Of a stretch of 32,000 nt of DNA, positions 13,921-21,364 are shown piece by piece (within the stretch, counting starts at the first letter, position 1; each line of letters opens with the position of its first letter). Position numbers and translations under genes: made by a program. The stretch is from the NCBI RefSeq assembly GCF_016127575.1, contig NZ_CP066018.1, positions 2,430,001-2,462,000 on the forward strand, read 5' to 3'. Under the pieces are notes generated by a model. The model saw only the letters and a program-made list of their open reading frames with translations. It was not told the origin of the DNA and did not search any database. The DNA comes from Cupriavidus necator (lineage in GTDB: Bacteria > Pseudomonadota > Gammaproteobacteria > Burkholderiales > Burkholderiaceae).

Positions 13921-15858
13921 ATGCAAAAAAATCTATCGGCATTTCAGATAGGGTTGATGGCAGCAGTGGCCGCGATCCTCATTGTTTTCAATGTGGATTC
14001 GATGTGGAGCCAGAGTGTCGATTTGGCTCATCACTATGCACTCGCATTCAGAATTTCCGAAAACTGGACCTTGACGCCCGGGGACCCGTCGATTGCGGAG
14101 ATGAATTTCTATCCCCGCACAAGCCATATCCTGGCGGCGATTCTCGGGCTCATCTTTAATTCAACGTTCCTCGGCATTCATTTGCTTAGCCTGATTGCAC
14201 TTGTCGTGCTCTGGGGTTCTGTGGTCTTTGTGCTCAGCACGCTGCCGCGGCGTGTTGCCAGTGTGTCCATTCTCGCATTGACGACACTGCTGGTCCTGAA
14301 TCGCGTGGTGCTTCGGCTCGAAATCCATGGTGCGGAGATAGATGATAATTTTTTCTTCTCGCAGCTAGTCGCACAGGGAATGGTGCTGCTGATTTTGGCG
14401 GTCGCAGTGTTCGTGGAGGTGCACTCGCGCATTAGTTATGCCTTCGGCATCTTTCTGGTGGCGGCCGTCTATATCGTTACCGGAACACATCTCCTGCCTG
14501 CGCTCGAATTGCTCGGGGTACTGCTGGGCATCGTCATACTGAATGCCTGGACTCGGTCGGCCGGCACACTCGGGAATCGAGTGCGGACTTATCTTTGGTA
14601 CGCATTGATCGCCATTTCAGCGATAGCAGCCACCTTTTTGAATCCAGCATTTTCCGCGATGCGGAAAATTTCTGAGAATAACGGTGCTTTGCATCTGGTG
14701 CGAATTCCGGGTGCAGGGATGCTCGTGACGCTAGCGTTGCTGGTGGCAGTAGTTTCCCTGGCGCTAATGATCATATGGTGGCGCTCCGGAAAAGACACGG
14801 TGCGCTTCAATGTGGCACTTAAGTACTTCGGACTTTACGGCGGGTCGATTGCTTGCCTGTGCATATGCCAGATTGTGCTCTTGCGATTTGGATATGGCAG
14901 CGAATATGCGGCTAAGAAGTATGCCTTTGGTTTGTCAACGCAATTATTTATCTCCGCTGCAATCCTGATTGGCCTTTACTTCAATCGCGGCCGTGCCACG
15001 GAGGACCAGGGCGGATGGTCCGGCAACGAGCATGGTTTATCTTTGCTGGTGCTGGCCTCATTCACCGGCATCATCCTGTTGATACTTCCATCCTCGAAAC
15101 GGCTAGATACTTCGGATGTGGTCTCCCTCGAGCACCAGCTGATCGTTCTTCGTGATGTCGGACTGTCCCCGTCGAGTGCAAAGCAGAATGTTGTAATTGG
15201 CTTGCGAAACATGTCGCCGGTTATCAACTACATGTTTTCGGTTGCCGTCGCAAAGACCTATAGAGAATTTGCGATAGACGTTTTGATGGGAAACAAGCTG
15301 GGCAATATCTCAAGCTACGGCACTATTCTGACTTCGACGGGGTTTGCGCCGTATTATCGCGCCGATTGTGCGCGTTCTGTCGCATCGGGCGCTGTTTCTC
15401 TCGTTGACGCCACCTGCATGGCAGAATCGTTGGCAAAGCCGGAAATCTGCAAGGGCAAGCTTGACTTTACTTCGAGGGGCTGGATGAATGCGTCTGCTAT
15501 TCCCGGATTCAGCTGGGCGGAGGATCACGGGCGCTGGACAGATGGTCGAAGTGCAGCGATCACATGTTCGGTTAGCGACGACATGCCGAGCCGGGTGAAG
15601 ATTCGTCTGGCGCCTTTCTTTTATGGTAGCCACCGTACGCAACGTCTCATTGTCAAGGTGGGATCGTCCAGCAGCGAGTACAGCTTTGCCCAGGAAAACG
15701 CGCCAGGATCGATCGATGTGGCCCTCCCGCAGACGCGGCCGGATGAAAATCTGACCATTCGGTTGCAAATGCCGGATGCAATTTCGCCGATGCAGGCAGG
15801 AATGAATCCAGACGAACGCATGCTGGGATTCCTGATTGAATCGGTTACGTTCGAATAG
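13921..15858 (+). CDS. Orphan polytopic membrane protein (about 12 TM) with a C-terminal soluble domain of about 200 aa; GT-C-like transferase or atypical polymerase candidate
   Basis: I re-set the start to the ATG at 13921. The upstream part of track ORF 13705 overlaps the flavoprotein gene and is Arg-rich junk. There are many hydrophobic segments (AFQIGLMAAVAAILIVF, FLGIHLLSLIALVVLWGSVVFVL, GMLVTLALLVAVVSLALMIIWW, ...). A hydrophilic tail from about aa 435 carries 4 Cys. This is the lowest-GC stretch in the window. I recognised no family signature. Confidence 0.7.
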   Translation: MQKNLSAFQIGLMAAVAAILIVFNVDSMWSQSVDLAHHYALAFRISENWTLTPGDPSIAEMNFYPRTSHILAAILGLIFNSTFLGIHLLSLIALVVLWGSVVFVLSTLPRRVASVSILALTTLLVLNRVVLRLEIHGAEIDDNFFFSQLVAQGMVLLILAVAVFVEVHSRISYAFGIFLVAAVYIVTGTHLLPALELLGVLLGIVILNAWTRSAGTLGNRVRTYLWYALIAISAIAATFLNPAFSAMRKISENNGALHLVRIPGAGMLVTLALLVAVVSLALMIIWWRSGKDTVRFNVALKYFGLYGGSIACLCICQIVLLRFGYGSEYAAKKYAFGLSTQLFISAAILIGLYFNRGRATEDQGGWSGNEHGLSLLVLASFTGIILLILPSSKRLDTSDVVSLEHQLIVLRDVGLSPSSAKQNVVIGLRNMSPVINYMFSVAVAKTYREFAIDVLMGNKLGNISSYGTILTSTGFAPYYRADCARSVASGAVSLVDATCMAESLAKPEICKGKLDFTSRGWMNASAIPGFSWAEDHGRWTDGRSAAITCSVSDDMPSRVKIRLAPFFYGSHRTQRLIVKVGSSSSEYSFAQENAPGSIDVALPQTRPDENLTIRLQMPDAISPMQAGMNPDERMLGFLIESVTFE

Positions 15859-15882
15859 GATCTTGACCTCGGGCCTAGGAGA

Positions 15883-15907
15883 CTCGCCGTGGTTGTGTCA
15901 CGGCGAG
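15883..15907. terminator. Hairpin between convergent genes (possible bidirectional terminator)
   Basis: CTCGCCGTG (15883-15891), a 7-nt loop, then CACGGCGAG (15899-15907). It lies in the 65-bp gap between the + strand block and the - strand block. There is no clear U-tract. Confidence 0.4.
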
Positions 15908-15923
15908 CCCATGACCGCCATCC

Positions 15924-17150
15924 TCAAGCGGACTTGCGGCGCCTGATCAGTGCGATCGCCTTCATATAGATATCTATCACGCGGCCCTCGCTAAAGCGCG
16001 CATCCACATCCAGTCGTCCGGCCTTGCCCATTTGCCGCAGCGTTTCCTCCTCGCTTTGGCAAAGCTCGAGCATGGTTTGCGAGAGATCCTCTGCACTGCG
16101 TGGGCGACACAGTCTTCCTGTTACCCTATCGCGCACAACGTCCCGGCATCCCGGCACGTCCGTGGCCACAATCGGCTTCTCCATTGAAGCAGCTTCAAGC
16201 AGTGTGCGAGGCACGCCTTCGCGGTATGAGGGCAAAACAATACAGTCCGCCTGCGCTATGGCCCCTCTGACATCCGTTGCTGTACCAAGATATTCGATGA
16301 GCCCTTCATCCTGCCACGCCAGGAGTTGCGTCCTTGAAATGGCGCTGGGGTTCTCGACATCGGCAGGCCCGAGAAGCTGAAACCGGGCTGTCGGATAGAC
16401 GGCACGAATGCGGCGTGCAGCCTCGACATATTCGCCGACCCCTTTGTCCCATAGCATTCGCGCAATCAGGAGGAAGCGGAATGTGTTGTTTTCTCGTGGC
16501 TGCCGCTCGCCTGGTGTGTAGTGCTCGAGATCAATCCCTTCGCTGGGAAGCACAAAGGTTCGTTGCTCGCTGACCAAGCTCCGCTTGACGAATTCGCGAC
16601 GGTCGTCTTCGTTGAGAAACCATACTTGATGCACTGAGCGCAGCGCCAGACGGTATAGCGCGCGTCCGATTCGTGCGACAAAGTTATTGTTGATGAAAAC
16701 GAAGCCAAGCCCGGTCGTCACTGCAATGCACGGGACGCCGGATAACCTTGCGGCCAGCGAGCCATAAATGTTCGGCTTGATCGTGTACTGAAATGCGCAG
16801 TCCGGTTTAAGCTGCCTATACAACCTGGTCAACTGGCTGAAGCACTTCCAGTCAGCTAACGGATTGGCACTCCTGGCCGATAGTGTCAGAGGGTGGAATT
16901 CGCAGCCAAGTGCCTGTAACGCTTCAGAGCTGCGATCCACAGGTGCAATGATACTGACCTTCGCTCCGTGCGCGAGTAAAGCACGCACGACCCCGCCACG
17001 GTACTGCTGTATAGACCAACTCGAATTGCCGACGAATGCTATATGGATGCCGTCCAGATGCAGCTTGCCGGGCTGATGGGCCACCTCTTCAAATCGCTTT
17101 GATACCGCGTGGGCCGGATGTTCGTCAATACTGTTCAGCATCCTTGTCAC
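15924..17150 (-). CDS. GT4 glycosyltransferase (PglA/WbuB/CapM-like subfamily)
   Basis: IAFVGNSSWSIQQYRGGVVRALLAHGAKVSIIAP...LKPDCAFQYTIKPNIYGSLAA is the N-terminal pattern of this GT4 subfamily. C-terminal IVLPSYREGVPRTLLEAASMEKPIVATDVPGCRDVV. The track start at 17150 is a GTG; the ATG at 17141 is an alternative. Confidence 0.8.
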   Translation of the reverse strand: MTRMLNSIDEHPAHAVSKRFEEVAHQPGKLHLDGIHIAFVGNSSWSIQQYRGGVVRALLAHGAKVSIIAPVDRSSEALQALGCEFHPLTLSARSANPLADWKCFSQLTRLYRQLKPDCAFQYTIKPNIYGSLAARLSGVPCIAVTTGLGFVFINNNFVARIGRALYRLALRSVHQVWFLNEDDRREFVKRSLVSEQRTFVLPSEGIDLEHYTPGERQPRENNTFRFLLIARMLWDKGVGEYVEAARRIRAVYPTARFQLLGPADVENPSAISRTQLLAWQDEGLIEYLGTATDVRGAIAQADCIVLPSYREGVPRTLLEAASMEKPIVATDVPGCRDVVRDRVTGRLCRPRSAEDLSQTMLELCQSEEETLRQMGKAGRLDVDARFSEGRVIDIYMKAIALIRRRKSA

Positions 17151-17360
17151 ATGCCAATTCGGCGGTCACACAGGGCCAAAAAGTTGCGGTTGTGCTCCGT
17201 CTTGCATTCCTGATTCCTTGTACAGAAGATCTGCGCTGAAGACAGTGGATTTTAGCAGAACCCCTGCAAGGGCCCCCTTATGGGCTACTGTGTCACCGCA
17301 CAACCAGGAGAAGGCGCTCCGGGCTGCTACGAGCGATCTGGTTGCGGTAGCATTACCAGC

Positions 17361-18614
17361 TCACGCAGCTTGCTTTGCGGCATCAGACTCGCGAGCCAGC
17401 ACGACGAACCCCAAGCTCACAACAACCGCCAGTGCATTGGCCGCTATATATCCGTAGACCGCACCCTGCACACCATACTTGGGGATCGTGAACAGGTCGA
17501 CAGCGGCTGTTGCAACTAACACGAGCAGCGATTTGCCTACTAGCCAAGCTGGCTTGCGCAGATGGACGGCAAGCAAAGCCAAGCCCGCATCCGCGAAGAT
17601 CAGTCCAGAGGCAATGGCGCCTTGCTGCAGAAGGTTCACAGTTGCCTCAAAACGCTCACCATACAGAAGTTGCACAATCCACGGTGCGCCGATAGCAATG
17701 AGAATACCGCCCGCCATTCCGATCGCCGCCATGCCTCCCGCCACACGCAAGACGTTGTAACGCGCCTTGGCCAGGCTCGGCTGCGCATAGACCGCGAGCG
17801 GTGCAACCGCGCTCGCGATGATTGTGGCCAGCAGGGAGAAATTGTCAAGTACCTGCATGCACGCCGCATAGGCCCCAAGGTCGACTAAGGGGACGCGTGG
17901 TTTCAGCAGCAACTGGTCGATCCGCCGCGCGCTGAACAGAAGGATCATGCTGATCCAGAATACGGAGCCGTCGCGCACCAGGCGGATAAGCAATCCACGA
18001 TCCGGCGAGATTCGGATACGTGGGCGCCGGCGGGCATAGTACCAGGCGAGCATCGTTGCCAGCAGTCCTGATTCCAAGGCAAAGGTCCAGGCGTACTCGT
18101 GGACGGCGTGCACGGCGGAAAAATAGAGTGCAGCGATCAGGACAGCCTTGAACGCCAGCGCGGACAGGCTGAAGACTACGCTAGGGCGGTTGTCGGTGTG
18201 CGCCTGCATCCAGGCCGTCACGACACCGAACGGTTCGCGCAGCAGGATGGAAATACCCAGAATGGCTGCGATATGCACGGTGGTGGCATCTTGCCCGGTC
18301 AGCACGCTGCTCACGAGCAGAGCCAGGTAGCCAGCAATGGAGGCAAGCGCACGCAGGCCGAAGGCATGTGCGATCAGATGGGACTGGGCATCCGGTGACG
18401 GATGCGCGACCAGCCGCGGCACAACAACTTCAGCACCACAAATCAACCCAATCGACGCCGCAATCAGCACCAGCGACTGCGCATACTGAAAATGCGCAAA
18501 GCCCTCCGGTCCGACGCCGCGTGCAATCAACGCCACGATGGCGATGCTGACAGTGATCTGAAGAGCCCGCTCGCCCAGCAGCCAGACGACATTGCGCGCG
18601 ATCTGCCTACGCAT
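17361..18614 (-). CDS. wzx: Oligosaccharide-unit flippase (MOP/Wzx family)
   Basis: I re-set the start to the ATG at 18614 (M60 of track ORF 17361..18791). MRRQIARNVVWLLGERALQITVSIAIVALIARGVGPEGFAHF is a typical Wzx N-terminus. About 12 TM, 417 aa. It overlaps the upstream GT4 stop by 8 nt. Confidence 0.75.
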   Translation of the reverse strand: MRRQIARNVVWLLGERALQITVSIAIVALIARGVGPEGFAHFQYAQSLVLIAASIGLICGAEVVVPRLVAHPSPDAQSHLIAHAFGLRALASIAGYLALLVSSVLTGQDATTVHIAAILGISILLREPFGVVTAWMQAHTDNRPSVVFSLSALAFKAVLIAALYFSAVHAVHEYAWTFALESGLLATMLAWYYARRRPRIRISPDRGLLIRLVRDGSVFWISMILLFSARRIDQLLLKPRVPLVDLGAYAACMQVLDNFSLLATIIASAVAPLAVYAQPSLAKARYNVLRVAGGMAAIGMAGGILIAIGAPWIVQLLYGERFEATVNLLQQGAIASGLIFADAGLALLAVHLRKPAWLVGKSLLVLVATAAVDLFTIPKYGVQGAVYGYIAANALAVVVSLGFVVLARESDAAKQAA

Positions 18615-19749
18615 GGTCGGCCTTGCCGGGAGCGGGCAGCGCGGCTCCCCGACGCTGCACGAGTTCCCGATACAGGTCGATCCAGCGCTGCGCGACACTG
18701 GCCAGGCTGTATGCCGCAACGGCGTGGGCGCGGCCTGCCGCGACATCCTGCCGGCCCAGCAGGGCCGCACGCATGCCGCGCGCAAGCGCATCGGTGTCGG
18801 CTGCCGGCACTATGCTGCCCGACGCCGCCAGCAGCGCGCGGATGCCTGACACGTCGGTGGCCACCACCGGCGTTTCGCAGGCCAGCGCCTCGGCCACCAC
18901 GAGGGGCAGGCCTTCGCGAACGGAAGACAGCACGAACAGGTCGGCGGCGTTTATCAGCGCGGGGACGTTGTCACAAGGGCCGAGCAGCCGCACGGCGTGC
19001 GAGAGCCCGAGCGCCGCGGCGTGCCGCACCAGCGTCGCCTTCAGCGGACCATCGCCGGCAATTAGCAAGCGAATGCTTGCGCCAGTTTCCGGATCGCCCG
19101 CAAGTTGCCGGAACGCTTCGATCAGGCGCTGCTGGTCTTTCTCATGGACCAGGCGGCCGACATTGAGCACGACCTTTGCATCGGGGCCGAGTCCCAGCGC
19201 CTGCCGCGTCTGCGCACGCGCCTGCGGGTCGCGGCGGAACCGGTCGGTATCGATGCCATTGGGCATCACGCTGATCCGCCCGGCGGTCGTGGCACCGACG
19301 TCCAGCATGTACTGTCTGCCTTCCGCGCTGACATGGGTGGTGGCCGCACACAAGCCATCCGTCAACCGATACGCCAGCATGCGCAGCCTGCCCCCCTCGC
19401 GCGAGCTGTGCGCGGTGCAGAGGACGGGGATGGGCGCGCCACCGGCCCGCTGCGGCCGCAGCAGCCGCGCGAAGATGTTGGCGTGGAACATGTGCGCGTG
19501 GACGATGTCCGGCTGCCAGCGCCCGACCCACTTGCGCACGGCCTGCAAGGTGAGTAGGAAACGCAGTGGGTCTTTGCGCAGGTCGACGCGATGCAGCGTC
19601 ACTTCCCTGGGCAGCGCCACCTCTTGCGCCAGGGTCAGGCTGACTACAGCCACCTCATGGCCGAAGGCGACGAACTGGCGTGCGAGGTCCGCAACCTGGC
19701 GTTCGGCGCCGCCAAGCCGAAGTCCTGTCGTCAGCAGCAGGATGCGCAT
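18607..19749 (-). CDS. GT4 glycosyltransferase
   Basis: MRILLLTTGLRLGGAERQVADLARQFVAFGHEV N-terminus; FVLSSVREGLPLVVAEALACETPVVATDVSGIRAL GT4 motif. 380 aa. Confidence 0.85.
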   Translation of the reverse strand: MRILLLTTGLRLGGAERQVADLARQFVAFGHEVAVVSLTLAQEVALPREVTLHRVDLRKDPLRFLLTLQAVRKWVGRWQPDIVHAHMFHANIFARLLRPQRAGGAPIPVLCTAHSSREGGRLRMLAYRLTDGLCAATTHVSAEGRQYMLDVGATTAGRISVMPNGIDTDRFRRDPQARAQTRQALGLGPDAKVVLNVGRLVHEKDQQRLIEAFRQLAGDPETGASIRLLIAGDGPLKATLVRHAAALGLSHAVRLLGPCDNVPALINAADLFVLSSVREGLPLVVAEALACETPVVATDVSGIRALLAASGSIVPAADTDALARGMRAALLGRQDVAAGRAHAVAAYSLASVAQRWIDLYRELVQRRGAALPAPGKADHA

Positions 19750-19786
19750 CAGGCGGGGAGATAGATCGTGTGGGCCACACCGTGCA

Positions 19787-21127
19787 TTAGCGTGCGCCGT
19801 AGCCTGTCAGCAGTGTGCGCATGGTCTTGCCGGCGATCAGCAGGTCCATTGCCATCGAGCAATGCTTGACGTAGTAGAGGTCATAGCAAAGCTTGGTGAC
19901 GGTTTCCTCGTGGCTCGCGGCATAGCCTTGCTGGACCTGCGCCCAGCCCGACAGGCCAGGACGGACCAGGTGTCGGTAGGGATAGAACGGGATCGTCTCG
20001 GAGAAGGACTCGACCATCGAGGACTGTTCGGGACGCGGTCCGATCAGGCTCATGTGGCCGACCAGGACATTCCACAGTTGTGGAATCTCGTCGAGCCGGT
20101 ATTTGCGGATGATCCTGCCCACGCGCGTAACGCGGGGATCGGAGTGCGCGGCGAACTGGGCTTCGGTATCCGGTTCATCGGTCATGCTGCGGAACTTCAG
20201 CATCGTGAACACTTTCCCGTAAAGGCCCACGCGTTCCTGGCGGAAGATGGCCGGACCGCTCGACTCCATGCGGATGGCCAGGGTAACGGCCAGCCCGATG
20301 GGGATGGCCAGAGGTGCCAGCAGCAGCACCGCGGCAATATCGCCCAGCCGCTTGAACGGCGCATAGAGGAAGTTCTGTGCGTGGTCGTCCAGGAAGTTCT
20401 CGTCGATGTGCGTGAGGGCCAGGCGGCCGGTCAGCAGTTCCGCGATCCGTTCGACCGAATAGACGTGGACGTGGCTAAGCTTGTAGCGGGCCAGGGTACG
20501 GGTGCGATGCGGGTCGACGGCAGCGCTGCGCTCCATCATCAGGCCGTCGCAGTCGGCGGCTTCCGCCAGCGTGGTGATGCGGTGGAACTCGGCGTGCCAG
20601 TTGCGCGCTGCGCCAGGCATCGCCAGCAGTTCGTCTAGGTGTTCGAGGGCCTGGGGATCGGTGTAGCCGAACTTCGGTACGTAGCGGCGCACGAAGCGCA
20701 GGTAGCCACTCCACAGCCAGACCATTGTGATCGTCATGCAGACCAGCATCGCGCCACGTGAATAATCGATGCGGAAAACCGCACAGGTGGCGAGGAGGAC
20801 TGCGAAGGGCAGCAGTGTCGCAAGCGCCACTATGCTGTTCCCCTCGACTGGCGGAATATAGATAGTGCGATCCAGCAGCATGAAGGCGATGGCATACGGC
20901 ACCACGGACAGGCCGATGGTATTCAGGAAGACTTGCGTGACCCAGCCGTGGCGGGCGGCTTCATGGCCCCCGAGGGCGGCCAGTCCGTACAGCAGGAGGC
21001 CCAGGGCACCCCATGCGAGCATGCTGCGGCGGCGGGTGGTTTCTGACGATATACGCGTTGGCAGCTTCATCTTGTGATGCTCGGCTGGCGCCAAGGTATG
21101 ACCAACTGGCTCTGGGGAGTACGACAT
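19787..21127 (-). CDS. Polyprenyl-phosphate hexose-1-phosphate transferase (large WbaP/WcaJ-type initiating phosphoglycosyl transferase)
   Basis: N-terminal TM helices plus the C-terminal bacterial sugar-transferase signature LKFRSM...[38 protein letters not shown]. The track start at 21190 is a TTG. I used the first ATG at 21127; the ATG at 21070 (MKLPTRISS...) is also possible. Confidence 0.85.
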   Translation of the reverse strand: MSYSPEPVGHTLAPAEHHKMKLPTRISSETTRRRSMLAWGALGLLLYGLAALGGHEAARHGWVTQVFLNTIGLSVVPYAIAFMLLDRTIYIPPVEGNSIVALATLLPFAVLLATCAVFRIDYSRGAMLVCMTITMVWLWSGYLRFVRRYVPKFGYTDPQALEHLDELLAMPGAARNWHAEFHRITTLAEAADCDGLMMERSAAVDPHRTRTLARYKLSHVHVYSVERIAELLTGRLALTHIDENFLDDHAQNFLYAPFKRLGDIAAVLLLAPLAIPIGLAVTLAIRMESSGPAIFRQERVGLYGKVFTMLKFRSMTDEPDTEAQFAAHSDPRVTRVGRIIRKYRLDEIPQLWNVLVGHMSLIGPRPEQSSMVESFSETIPFYPYRHLVRPGLSGWAQVQQGYAASHEETVTKLCYDLYYVKHCSMAMDLLIAGKTMRTLLTGYGAR

Positions 21128-21364
21128 ACGGACAGGAACAGGCTGGCCAGGAACAATGGCGCCGTCGGCACCGGAATCGTTGGCCTGCAAAGGCCGGGGC
21201 GGTCTGTCGGGGTAGTGCCAACAACGGGCATACTGCCACGAGCAAACCAGCGGAGCGCATTATAAACCCCCCAGGAAACCGGCCCCCGATTTCAAATCCG
21301 GCACAATAGCGGCTGAGTTGACTTCTTGCGACTGCGGCGGATCGTCGCGTATTTGGAAAAAACT

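Noticed and set aside
17344-17350. GCGGTAG, a partial match to the ops/JUMPStart core GGCGGTAG (also CGGGGTAG at 21208-21215)
   Set aside because: The first is on the + strand, while both flanking genes are transcribed on the - strand. The second has two mismatches. Neither has the surrounding JUMPStart context, so both are likely chance matches.
19768-19780. GTGTGG-G-CCACAC palindrome in the 37-nt gap between the PGT and the GT4
   Set aside because: The loop is too small for a stable hairpin and there is no U-tract. The genes are almost certainly co-transcribed, so I treat it as chance.
18623-20638. 671-aa ORF on the + strand
   Set aside because: It lies antisense to a motif-rich GT4 and the sugar-transferase gene. 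The translation is Arg/Ala/Ser/Pro-rich low complexity with no motifs. This is the typical shadow ORF of high-GC coding DNA.
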